Below, piece after piece: positions 47,274 to 60,571 of a stretch of 64,000 bases of DNA (positions are counted from its first letter, which is position 1; the number at the start of each line of letters is the position of its first letter). The stretch comes from Setoptus koraiensis. Lineage: Eukaryota; Animalia; Arthropoda. The notes under the pieces were generated by a model. The model was not told the origin of the DNA and did no database searches. It worked only from the letters and a program-made list of their open reading frames with translations. The stretch covers positions 1,054,001 to 1,118,000 of the forward strand of contig CM106585.1 of assembly GCA_048013815.1 (NCBI GenBank). Reading direction: 5' to 3'. The translations under genes were made by a program, and so were the position numbers.

Positions 47274-50200
47274 CTAAAATTCCAGTTCCACTGGATACTC
47301 GCCCGTGAGACAAGCCAAACAGTGGCCCACCCTCGATTGGATCTCTTTGTCTGTTAATAGGCCATTGTCTTGTGCTTGTGGTTGGCCTGCTGTCTTGTTA
47401 ATGTCTAGCGTCTTAATTTGTTGTATATTATTATTATTATTAGTATTCAAAGCCGTTGCTGTTGCGCCCTCTGCTTGCTGAGATGACACCGACACAGCCT
47501 TGTAAACGGGCCCAATACTTCGGGACTTTTCTAGTTTCAATTTGTCTATTATGCCCGATTGAACAGATTCCTTTAGGCCGTCTATCGATAAATATCTGAG
47601 TGAGGCAGCGCCAAGATTCAATGCAAACTCATCGGGCGTCAAATGATTGGCTATGAGCTCCTCTTTAGTGGGTATGTTAATGCCCATGTAACAGGGAAAA
47701 TGTAACGGTGGCGAGGCTATCCTTATGTGAACCTCCTTTGCGCCGGCCTCTTTCAGCAGACGAACCAATTGACCGATTGTGGTGCCGCGAACTATTGAAT
47801 CGTCAATAAGTATGATGGACTTGCCAACGCAATTCTCCGTTAATGGTCCGAATTTTTTCGCGACCCCCAAACGACGCAATCTAGTTGACGGTTGAATGAA
47901 CGTCCTACCAACATAACGATTCTTACAAAATACCTCCACATAGGGTATTCCCGATTGTGAGGCATAACCCAAGGCTGCCGGTATGGATGATTCAGGAACT
48001 GGAGCAACAATATATTCGGCCAGATCACTGGTGGCGGTGGTTGCGGGCGACTCAATGGCCAGTCTGCGGCCGCATTTCATTCGCACGGCATAGATTGTTT
48101 GTTTCTCCAATATGGAATCGGGCCGGGCAAAGTACACATACTCAAATATACAAAAGGCGGGTGATATTGCTGCGACAAAACAATGTTTTTTTTTAATATT
48201 ATTATTATTATCATCATTATAATACAAGGAAATTAGTTGATTGATATATAGTAACGGTATCGGTTGCTTCGACCACTCACCTTCGGGCGGCCGGGGCATT
48301 ATGGCCAGAGTTTTGGGTATCTTGCAGTTACGCTCAAACTTGACTATTTCGCCCGGCTCAACGTCTCGCTTTAGTTTGGCGTGTATACTCGGGAATGAGC
48401 ATGATTCTGACGATATACACCAGCCCTCAATCAAACAATTGTCGATTATGCTCCAGGGCATGTCGCCGTGATCGCCGGCATAAGGTGGCGGCACCAGCAT
48501 GCCTATGGTCAGTGGTCTGTTTCCGAAGGAATCGCGACAGGCATAGATGCACTCGTTGAACATTATTATCAAGGAATAGGATATAGGTGTCAGAGACATC
48601 AAATGTATCAGCCTTGATGTTATCTCGTCCTCTTCCCTGGTCAATTCACTTTTCCACAATGGGATTCGTTCATTTTCTGTTCCGTTTTCCACGCGCTTCT
48701 GATAGGGGCTTTTCTATTTATCATAATGAGATAAGCGAAGGAAAACAAAAGCAAACAAACAAAAGTTAAACAACACACTCGGTGACTCATGTCTAGTCTG
48801 GGTGTGTATGTGTATCTTTGCGGTCAGTGATCAATTAAATAATTTTAAGAGGGTCACATCGAGCCAACCACGACATCAACATCAACATAGACGACAACAA
48901 CGTCACTTGTTGATTGCTGATTGTTGATAACCAATACTTGAGCTTCATTACGTCATTCACGTCGCTATCTAATCACAAGTTACATAACACCGGTCCTCAC
49001 TCGTTGACTGGTTGTGCACTGTGTAATGTCTCAAGACTTTAACGCTATTATATTGTGATACTGCAAATCAACTATTGTCAGCATTAAACAGCAACAATTT
49101 AGACCAACAGCCTACTCATTCAACAATCAAAACTGTTTACATTGATGATAAGATAGATAGATTTTTGAGTGATTTAACAATGATTATCCTACACTTATAC
49201 ACAAGTAATGCTGTCGTCATATGGTCTCACAAGCCACAATGCTCCACTGTTCCAACAATACATCACCATTCGAATTACTACTGCTAGATATATAAGATAG
49301 AGATCATCATTTTGGTTGCTAAGGGTAACTGGCGCTACTAATGAGATCCTCAAATAGATAGACATCACTTTTGGCAATAATGTATAGGCAACATACACTT
49401 GCAATATCTGACGACTGCTCCAGAATATGCAATCATCAACAACCATTATTACTATTATCATAATGCTTGTGTTTTCGTCTCATTTCTATGCCGGATTACT
49501 ATCCACTACCATTGCTGCTATTATTCTATCGATAAACTATTATTATCAAATATCTACACATCCTTAAATAGTTCATAGATAGTGCATATAGACATTATCT
49601 TGTAAATTGTGTCTGAGCACATTCAAACAAATGATGATTGCTGCTCTCTAGATAGGCTACATTGAGCCAATAACAATGTATGTCGCCACAGTAGAGGCCT
49701 CAACTTACTGAACACTGATCTAGTTAGTTGATTAATGACACCAATCAACAACACGAGCGCAAAGACTGATTTCATTGTTTCAGCTCGTGGATCATCTCAA
49801 CGCAGATGCAACCAGTAATTGAGTTAACCCCTTCATCACTCCATCTAGAGTAGTATGCTCGTATATTAATCAATCAGTACTATTCAATCAATAGTATCGA
49901 TAATTCTGTGTATGTGTGAGTGGAAAAACTATTGAAGATTACATACCGAACTAGATGACTTGAGTGATAACTCACTACCGGATCTGGACCTTGTTGTTAC
50001 ATTGTCAGCGTCTATTGCGTTGCTATTTACATTGTTGTTTCCATTAATATAATATTGTTCTCCTTTCTCCTTTTCAAGCTGCTTCCTTATTCTAGGATGT
50101 CTGAATTCTTTAGGTGGCGGCTGACTGAGACATTGGATAATTAATTCCGAGTCGCTACCAGTGGTCAAACCAACACCGTTGTCAAGAAGATTCTTTCTAA

Positions 50201-50925
50201 GAACGCTTGAATTTACCAATTCCCCATTGTGACTCACTGCAATTGTTCCGTAGCTAGTATGAACAACAAATGGCTGTGCCAATTGCAAATTACCACTACC
50301 ACCCGTCGTAGAATATCTATTGCACAATGATTTAATTAAAAATAAAAAGTATTATTGTCCCAATCATCTCAACATGATAATAGTTGCGCCACCCAAAATC
50401 AGTCTTAAATTGTGAACTTACCTAGTATGACCGACTCCGAGGTTACCCTTCAAAGACATCATTGAGAATTCTGTAAATGCCGAACTGACCAAACCTTCAG
50501 CTCTTGAAACACTAAATGGCTCTGATTTGTATTTACATGTCACTATACCTGCTGATTCCTGGCCTCTTTTATTTTACAATGATCATATCGTTATAGAATA
50601 TAGTTAGTTGATGGTCGTGATGCAACCTATTGATGACCCTGGTGCTTTCGACATTCTATGTTCGTATACGCGATGTTAGTTACCTATGCTGTAATCCTAC
50701 TAAACCAAGACATATTATATGGGCTACGTCGAGACTCGTTGGCCAGTCTCCATTTGATATGCAACCAAACACACCACACTTCTCCTCCAAAGCTGTTTCA
50801 CGAAACAAATCGTCACAATTTGCTAGATCGGCATCTGAAACTATTGGACCATCTTCATCGTTCGTTGTTCCACACAGATATTTCAATCTTCTCACTGCCA
50901 TTGATTCATTTGCGGTCGAACTCAT
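47274..50925 (-). CDS. PPAT: Amidophosphoribosyltransferase; exons 50684..50925, 50422..50565, 49947..50316, 48281..48698, 47274..48169 (689 aa)
   Basis: Propeptide followed by CGVFG (N-terminal nucleophile Cys), [26 protein letters not shown], the PRPP-binding motif [13 protein letters not shown], and Fe-S ligands FCIFEY, PCYMG and HCLAC. All junctions are phase-consistent GT-AG. Confidence 0.96.
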
Positions 50926-52923
50926 TATGACAAGCACAAATAAATTTTACCTGAATTGTCCCAAACAATTTGACTTGCAGTAGCAAAATAGTATTTCACG
51001 TATTAGCCGGATGTTCAGACGGAGCTTGGAGAGTGTCTCGAATTTTATAAAACTAAACTATTATTGAACACAGATTCTCTGAGATAAACATCTTAATGTG
51101 TGTTTAATTCTTCGAGTAATTCTAAACAGATATGGCACTGTAATTGTCTGTTGAATAGATGTGGGTTCTCTCACTGAGCATATGAATACTGATTTTGTGC
51201 AGTTACCGTTGGCTATCACTTGGTGAATACGATTTTTCTCTTGATTTTTAGATACAGCAAGACATTTTTTAGAATTCTCTATGACACCGGCCATGCTACA
51301 TTTCAGTCGCTTTCTAGATCGCTCGCTTGTCTTTCCTACCTTATATCTTCGATCTATATCTCAAGCAATCTCTTACTACTACTTTTGTGATAATGTTGTT
51401 GATCAGGATCTATCAGTGAAATACCACCAATAAGGAGATATGTGAATGTTGCTCGATAGCAAAAATGCTCGAATAAGTAAACTGTGTTCACTTTTTTCGG
51501 GTGTCTTTCTATATACTAGTAGTAATAATTGATTTGCGCACAATGACAAATTGTTTTTCTATCTATTGTCGGATGTTGACGTAGTCATAACTTCTTATAG
51601 TTTCATAAATATTTCACAATTCGATTGTCAAATAACACTGTATACATGATTGCTAGATCACATAGTTGGTCTGATGATGTTTTATCTTGATTTGGATAAT
51701 AGACTTTCGCTTGTCTCAGCGTGGAGTTCACCAATAGTGCAATTGTATCTTCAGCTCACATAGACTATTGTGTCTAGCAAGATACAACACAGCAACCAGC
51801 AACAAGATGATTAGGTCAATTATAATCGATAAGTGCAATTTGCATAGCGAAATCATCGTTAAACAGCCTGCATTAATTGTTGATCAGTCGTTCATTACGT
51901 AAGTTTAAATGAATATCGAATATGCCTTTCTAGATCTTAATTAAATCATCATTAAAGCTAGATCATTATTAAATATCATACGCTAACGACGAGTAAGATT
52001 TTTCGAACTATCAATAAATTACTCAAAAAGATTTTGTCATTTAAGTTGAAAGTTAGAAAAAAGTTAGAACTTACAAGGACTCACGACGATGACGCCCGAA
52101 TCCACTCAACTATAGCTTTGTTTTGTTCCACAGATTCATAGAAGTAAGAAAACACTATTCCCAAGTCCAAGTTTTTTGATAATCCTGAGAAAAACTGATA
52201 ATTCATGCGGCGCATATCCCCTCCATTTTGTACGGAAGCTAGCGCACTATTTCAGAAATTCAGAGAATTCTGCAACCACGCGCACCCAATGATAGACCAC
52301 ATATAAGGCGCGTGTGAATTTATGAAAGTTCTACACATAAACCTTGTGAATCTCGGTGCCTTTTTCCTACTCGCAAGCTAGAGAGTTAGGAGAAGCCAGC
52401 GTCTGGTTCATAGGCGTATCAAAGTTAGGGTTCACCTTGTAAGCTTAGCAATTCGGGGACCCTCCAGTCGGTTTACAAGTTCGACTTTCCAATCACTAAC
52501 CAGTTCCGAGAGAAGAAACCTCAGACATATTTTTGAAGCGCAAAAGTTATCAAATTGCATGCGATCTTAATTTATTGCCACCAAATTTTTATAATCCTTA
52601 TAAACTTCCATGACTATAATTACATATTTTTTTTTCTTATCTAGAAACCTTCGTAATCATTAATAACTTAATTATTGTTGTAACTTAAAACTGTCGCTAT
52701 ATGCCTTTCTGGCTATTGTCACGTTTTTAAACAAAACGTTCGATCAATAAGCTGATAAATTTTGATAATAGTCATGGAAATTATATCTGATAGTTAATGA
52801 TTCTACTATGGTTGTAAACTCTCATTCGTATCCAAGTACTATCTGTCAACTTGGGGCGCCAATGCTATCTCATGATTTGTGTGATTGATAGTTTCAATTG
52901 AGTGAACAAATATTCAATGATGA

Positions 52924-55900
52924 TCAGAGTTGTTCTACAAGCAATTCGAGTAACTTGTCCAAAACCAGCTTGTTAGTTGATTTCAAAGTAAGCCTGTACA
53001 TTTCTGTAGGACGATGACGCTGTAACCTCAACAAACAGCCAATTTTAACATTCCTAGTGTGAATGATACCTGCACAAACATAGTTCCCTGGGTCTATACC
53101 TGGTAAAATTTCAAACCCAAATCCTTTCAGCTTGTTGTCTGTGGCTTCATCATCCATTGGAAAATTAGCTTTAAAATCTTTCTGTGCTTCCTGTTCTGGC
53201 TCCTTCAGGTTTTTCCAACGTGCAAAAAAGTCATCCCGACCCATTGATGTTGGCTCAAAGAACTTGTTCAGGAAAACAGGCAATTTGATAGATATGTCCT
53301 CCTTTGCTGTCCCATGCATGAATGATATATGTAACTCTGGTAACTCATCATAATAACCAGCACATTCAACAGTTACAGCTTGAGGTACTTGCTTACCCGG
53401 ATCGACTGTGGATCCGATTTGTTTTGCTTCTACAGTCAGATTAGTTTGTGTTAAAGGTGGTACAGCTAATTTTACTGTGAAGTACGACAATTGCATCTTT
53501 GTCTTATTACCATAGAAGACATTGATCCTACCCATGTACTTTTTGAATTCACATTTGACGCCAATCTGGATTAAAACATTCTCAAATATAACTCCGTTTT
53601 GCCTACACACAAGTTTCTTTATACCATCACTATTGGGCACGTTTGGTTGTATAGTCCCACCTGAAAAAGGCGAGGCTGGCTTTTCTGCAGAAGGTTGAGC
53701 CGTGTTGCTTAAGTCTCCAAATACATCAACGAGAAGATTAGTATTAGATTGCTGCTGTATCGGTGCCTCGAAGGCACCATGGCCAGTATTTCCAGATGAA
53801 ACTGATAAACCGAGTAGATCTCCGGCGTCATTGTTGCTGTCGATAAGATCATTTTCAAAGTTATTGGTAGATCCATTTTCATTGGGTGCTCTATTTTCCT
53901 TTGTCGTTACTGCAGAGTGGGCAACTCCATCCGTAACTCCGGGCTTCTTCTTCTTTAGAATTGCTAGTATAGATGATTCCCGCTCCGGGAAAGGTGGCAT
54001 TTCTTCTAAGACAGTAGCGAGTATTTCAGGCGATGCTACTTTGCTAATAGCTAAATATTCTACAGCTCTTTGTTGAAGCTCTGCGTCCGAGTTACGAATA
54101 TTACTATCAGTGGCTAAAACTGCTTGGATTTCAGGTTTGATCTCGTTGAAAAGATTAATAAATTTTACATAAGTTGTTAATAATAAAGCTCTGGTTGATA
54201 TAGAACATAAATGATATTTAGAATGAAGTAGATTGAATTGTATGCGAGGCGTTGATCTGGGATCACCAGCAATCAAATTTCCAAATTCTCCTAGTATGTA
54301 ACCGGCAACTTTGACCATATTTTCATGACATGCTGGTGCTTGGAGTGCTTCGAAAACGGTTTTGGCTGCATAACCTTGAACATCTTCTCTGTTGATCACA
54401 ATTTGTATGACTCGATACCAAACTTCTTCGCTAACGTAGTCTCCTGCTATACGAATCAATTTGAGAATGACATCGACATACCAGGTGTAATCAGAAGCGT
54501 ATTTCTCAGCTAGTATAGCTACTTTAAGTACCATTTCTTCCCTAATAGAATAGTCAGCTGTTTCCAGATATTTCAACATTTCAGCCACTATTTCTTCAGC
54601 ATTAGTTTTATCGCACATGGCGTATAAGAGATCAACAGCACGTTGTCGAACACTGACATCGCGTTCAGTTTTCAGGGCATTAATTACAGTTTCTTGATGC
54701 TTCTTGACTGCATCATGGCTGAATTCGGACGTTGCTAATAGGCACATACTCTCCAGAGCTAGATATCTGAGATTTGTTTCTCTATGTTGCAAGAATTGGC
54801 CAAGCTGATTGCAAGCCCGGACTAGAATTTGTGGTTCACTATCCATGTGAATGATTAAACTGATAGCTTCAAATAGTACTGCGTTCTTAGCATTAGAGTG
54901 TTGAACCTTTCTTGACTTTGGTGGCTCTTGTGCTTTGTTTAAAATGGTTTCTAAGCACTCTATGAGTCTACCCCTAACGCCCGGGTCGTCAGGTGGTGGG
55001 TAGTTTTGTAGAAGCCGCAACAACTTGACAGAGAGCCACGGGGCTGGAACAAAATAGTAAGTATAGTCTTGTAGATCTGTGTATGAGGCCGTAACTATAC
55101 GGCTTAGCCTGGATACTGCCAATGAGACACATCCTCTGTACTCGTCAGGATTCTTGTGAACAAGAGAATTGATGAGGCTCACGGCTGCTGTTACAACACC
55201 CATGTGCTGATCATTCAGCAGGTGTATAATACGGGATGTCCACTCGTTACTCAATGTCATCTCTGGCATGGCTCGGAACAACCTGAGCAAACATAAAGCT
55301 GCACTTTGTTTGACTACATCAATAGTGTCTCCGGAGACCAATAGTTTTGGAATTTCGGGTGCGAATGTTTCAGCCATCTCACGTGAGCCAATATTTGCTA
55401 TACACTGTAGAGCCAAATTGACGTGTATTGGATTTCTTGAAGATAAATCATTCTTGATATTTTGTATTATGAGACGCATGAGATCACTATTGCTATTCAT
55501 GAGGACAGAAATGAATAGATAACCTATCTGTTTCTCTGAGTACTTATTGGAACTAAGTAAGTTGACTGCCTCCATGTGACCGAAATCAATATCGTGACCA
55601 AGTAGGAAGATAAATAACAATTTACAAACATATTTTTTCTTTTGATACCCATCGATGGCCCTATCGCCTCTAAATTTGTTTCGTATGTTGGCTAACTCTT
55701 TATTTATACGTCTTATCTCAGCCTCCTTGCTTTTGCCTATAGTAATCGTTGGCAGTGTTAATTTTCGAGTAAAAATAATTGTTTAAAAAATATGATGATA
55801 GATGGACAGTAATAGCAATTAGTAATGGTGTTGATGAGGATAACTTGGTAACGTGCCATGGATAATGTTCTATCATAGCGTTACATCATCAATACGCAGA

Positions 55901-56006
55901 ATAAGGGGGCGTATTTTTCGTGATTTTTTGTCTGATACTTACAATTTCTAATGTCGGAGATGAATACGGCTAGACCGCGCATTCCATCTCCTCGAACGGC
56001 AGGCAT
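52924..56006 (-). CDS. AP2A: AP-2 complex subunit alpha; exons 55943..56006 and 52924..55736 (958 aa)
   Basis: [21 protein letters not shown]|[19 protein letters not shown] start, a near-invariant adaptin trunk, hinge, and alpha-ear appendage with platform domain. Single phase-1 intron. Confidence 0.98.
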
Positions 56007-58070
56007 CGTGATTATTATATAATGGTGATAATAATAATATAATTAATTGTTTATGTAATAAGACAGATTCAAAATATTAGAACTGAAAACTAATATAGAA
56101 GAAAATATCGTTCTATCAATTGTTGTCAAATATATTAAATATAAGTAGGTATGCAGTTTAGTAGTGGTGTAGATATAAATATAATAATAATGGTACTGTA
56201 TAGAATGTATCAAATGGTATGCTTGTGCGCTGCTACCGAATGATGGTTCACTCAACTATACCAGTGCTCAACAGAACACACACACACACACACACACACA
56301 CAGACGTTTCGTGTGCCCTGTAACGCACAGAGTGAGTACAGTTTGCGCTTGGTTAATTGTACTCTCTGATACTGGGCATGACACCACCCTGTGCACATGG
56401 ACTCTTCTGCTCACATTGATTTGTGCTTCGAAAGTTCCTGCTATGTTATTGCACAGACCACCATGAATATCCGCTTCACAAAACCATCCATGGATACTTG
56501 TAAATTTGAGATTCACCTCCAAAAAGCCACTCCATTGACAGGCCTCATGGATTCCTTTGATTTTGAAAATATCACTCACATATCATTGTCAGTCACATCA
56601 GTAGAGGGACTCTTTACTTTGTATACTGAAGCCACAAGATCCAGAATACTCTCATCCACAATGAATACATAGCGTCGTGCATTTATGAGCGGATAAGTCA
56701 GCCTACTTCACAAATCCATGGGTGAATAATCGATTTCCACAAAGCTCGGCACAGTGTTTGCTGCGCGCTTGGAAAGTATTGAGACTGAGCAACTAACACT
56801 TGTCAGCAGAGGGTACTCAGGCTTAATGAACGCCCCCTTCGGTATATAGAACTGTACTACATAACAGGTGCGTTGACATTCCGAATCCTCTGCTCGCCTG
56901 TTCATTGTCGGCGACAGAAACACTCGCCACCCCCCATAAAGAATTTTTTCGCTTGCAAAGAAAATATGGGAGAAGGCACAGAGGAGACGGGGATATGCAG
57001 GAGATTTACTCGTTCATTTCTACATGTTTCTCTATGCGATAGATTGTGCAACAACATTCAGTAGTTTCTCGCATCTCAATCAAGTCCGAGCTAGCAAGTG
57101 ATGGTTGGTTGCTGATTTGCTCTTTTGGCGTCTTTATTATTCTCTTGAAATCAGCTAAATCTTTTGAGATCTAGACGCATAAGATCAATAAAAATTAGAG
57201 TGAGGTTCCCTGACATTTTCTTGAAGCTGTCATTCCGAAAACTGAAGGATATTCAAAAGTCGCGGAAGTCCTCTGTACGCATGCGTGAAGCAGTTGATTC
57301 CATCTCAACTTTGTGCAGTAGTCGGTCAATTCTCTGATCGTCACGAACTATTGGAGCATTGTGTGAGATTTTCTCATATGCACATCCGGTGGATTTCTTT
57401 AAATCCACCAGGGGCGCACGGAGCAATTTTAAATGCAGACACAATGATGGGATGTCACATTAAATGTTTCTCATTCTTGATTTCGTGCTTCATGATAATG
57501 TGACTCAGATCATCGCACGTGGTTCTTGACGCAGCGGGTGGGGGTGGGGCGTAATGCTTGTCAAATCCGTAGTGATCCTGCAGATAAGTGTCCAACTCAA
57601 AGTTGTCTGCTATTCGCTTGCAACGCGTACGGATATCGAAGCGCGCCGCCCTAGCGGCTGATTCCGTTTTCACTTGATGTGGATTGAGGAGAAGGCAGAC
57701 GTATATAAAAGTGTGCATTACGACAAGGTAACTCAACGAATGGCTCAAACTTCAATGCGAAAAAACTCGTCCGAGGGCGCTAACTGGTCTCGCGTATGCG
57801 GCGTAAACTGCAAATAGCAGTCTGCAACATGACGAACGACGCGCACCTAGCGTTAGAAAACCACTTCGTTATTTACCCGCTCGCTGTTTCAATAAACATG
57901 ATCTGGTAATACTAACACGGAGCAGAAACATTTATCTATACGCTCTGCCGCTTTACTGTGCATTCTATGGTAGATGTAGCCACGGGTATTCTTTCAATTA
58001 TTGTTATGCGAATTATTGTAATATAGCAAAAGAGGCAAATCAATAATAATAACGACAATCTATTATTATA

Positions 58071-59738
58071 ATGAATTCCACCAACACCAATGATACGGAA
58101 GAAGCAGCACCGGTCTCACCTTCTAAGCCAAAGGAGAATGCAGCAACCTTACCAACCGAGAGTCCAGCCAATCTTCCTGAAGGCTCCTCAGAGACCAACA
58201 ATCAAAATAATAATACTACCAATAACAATAACAACAACAGTAACAACAACAGCAACAGCAACAACACCAACAATAATAGCGGTAATAGTAATAATAATAC
58301 TAAAAACAATAGAGGTAATTCAAATAGCCGGAGAGGCAGATCACGTTCACCAATGAACAATCAGGCTAAAGATCCACGATCATTAAGACGTGTTTACGTG
58401 GCCAATGTGGCATTCGATGTTAAATGGAATGAATTGAAGGACTTCTTCAGAGAGAAAGTAGGTAATGTGGTCTATTGTCAAATGTTTGAAAACGACGATG
58501 GTAAATCCAGAGGCTGCGGCCTGGTTGAATTTAGTGACCAACAATCGGCAAAGCGTGCCATTGAAACATTACACCGATCTGAATATAAAGGTAGAGAATT
58601 GGTTGTTAAAGAAGATCTCGATTGTGAACGTGATCGTTATGGAAGGATTATAACACCAAACTCTAATAGGAATAGAGATGATAGCCAACGCCGTGATGGA
58701 GGCGGCGGAGGAGGAGGCGGTGGAGGAAATCGTGGAAACCGTCAAATGCAACAACAGCAGCAACCGCAACAAGACTCATATGGCTATGATAATTCGGTTA
58801 TGTCAAATGCTTACGGTGCACAACAAAACACTTATGGTCTAAGCCAACAATTTTTAGATTCATTAGGCATATCAGGACCACTCAATAACAGAATATTTGT
58901 TGCAAATCTAGACTATAAGGTAGACACCAGTAAACTAGAGGAGATATACAAATTGGCAGGTAAGGTAGCCAAAGTTAAGTTATCAACCGACTCATCGGGA
59001 CAATCCAAAGGCTATGGAACAATTGAATACGAGCACCCAGTAGAGGCAGTTCAAGCTATCTCGATGTTTCATAATCAGAAATTATATGGTCGCCCCATGA
59101 GTGTTAGAATGGACAAATACGAATGCGAGGATGATGCCGAAGCCCTTCCCACTAAACTACCTGCTGGATTAGATGGCATCGGTAAGGGTTTGGGAGTTGG
59201 TGGACAACCTTTAAATATTGCCAAAAGTATTATGAATGCCGCTCTAGTAGCTCCACCAATTTTAGGCGGCCCAGGACAACCTGTATCTCATGTACCTCAA
59301 GCTGTGCAACCAATGCAGCAAGTAGTGATGCAACCTATGAGCGCTGTAGCTGGACATGGTCTAGGTGATAGCATTTCAACTTATCCAACATTGCAACATC
59401 AGGCTAGCATGGCAGCCGCTGCAGTGGTCCCAAATACTGGTACTTTGACTATGTCTTCCAATGCTGGACAACCAGTGAACGTTTATCACCACCAACAACA
59501 AGCTGTCAGCAGCATCCAAAACCAAGCCGCCAGCCACATGAACCCACAGACCGTTTTAGCTGGAACAATGCAAAACACCGTCAACACACTGAACACCATG
59601 AATAACCCGACAGCAGTTGGTGCACCAAGCGCAAATAATTTAAGTGTGTTTAGTACATTCGAACGGCAATTTCGGGAAAAATATCCAATGCAAGTGACTA
59701 ACCAGCAAGCCCCAGCGGTACAGCAACAACCAAATCCT

Positions 59739-59780
<42 letters not shown>

Positions 59781-59888
59781 ACAAATGATAGCATGATGGG
59801 CGTGAGAAGCAATCAGCTCCCACCTGCCAATTACGCATGGCAACAAACCACTATGAGAGACTCGCGGTTCGGTGACACGAGAAATTGA
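58071..59888 (+). CDS. MYEF2: hnRNP M / myelin expression factor 2 family (rumpelstiltskin/Hrp59-like), intronless, 605 aa
   Basis: RRM1 (RRVYVANVAFDVKWNELKDFFREKVG...GKSRGCGLVEF) and RRM2 (IFVANLDYKV...GQSKGYGTIEYEHPVEAVQAISMF...RPMSVRMDK), followed by the family motif LPAGLDGIGKGLG. Confidence 0.92.
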
Positions 59889-60571
59889 AAAACTGTATTT
59901 ATTTAAATCCGACCAATCAATATTACAAACAAGAAACCACACAACATCAGCAAAAAAGGCATCTTCGGGGTACTACCGATCAATTTAAATGGACCTAGAT
60001 CATCAAACTATTTCGCTGCTCACCTATTCATCTTAATCATTAATAATAAAAGTAAACCACACACCCACACACTATCCAATAAAAGAAATCCATTCGTAAA
60101 TAAGTAGCACTTTCGCACTATCTGACTTTTATAGTACTGCCTATGACTAGGCATACTGATACTTCAAGATGTACTAGACTGAAATAAAACTCGACTTTAT
60201 CTAGGTTACATATTAATTTCCCTATTGATGCTGGCGCGTGACATTTAACTTAAGATGAAAATCTCACTTTGAGACCATGTCGGTCTGTAAACGAGAAATT
60301 TTCAGAAAACACATGACTTGTTGGTTCACTGGTCACAATGCACGTCATCATTGTCATAACCGTTGCAGTTAACCAGGGAACGGACTGTCGCTCACTCAGC
60401 TTGCGTGCGTACTTTCGTGTATGGGTTGTTTTCATTTGCGCGTTCATTGGCACGTCTTTCAGCTCACAATTTGTTTGATAATCTATTCCATTGTTACAAT
60501 CAATAATTATTTGATTTATAGTTTATTTTGGTACGGTTGGCGTAATAGTAACAAAAACTTGATCGTCAAAA

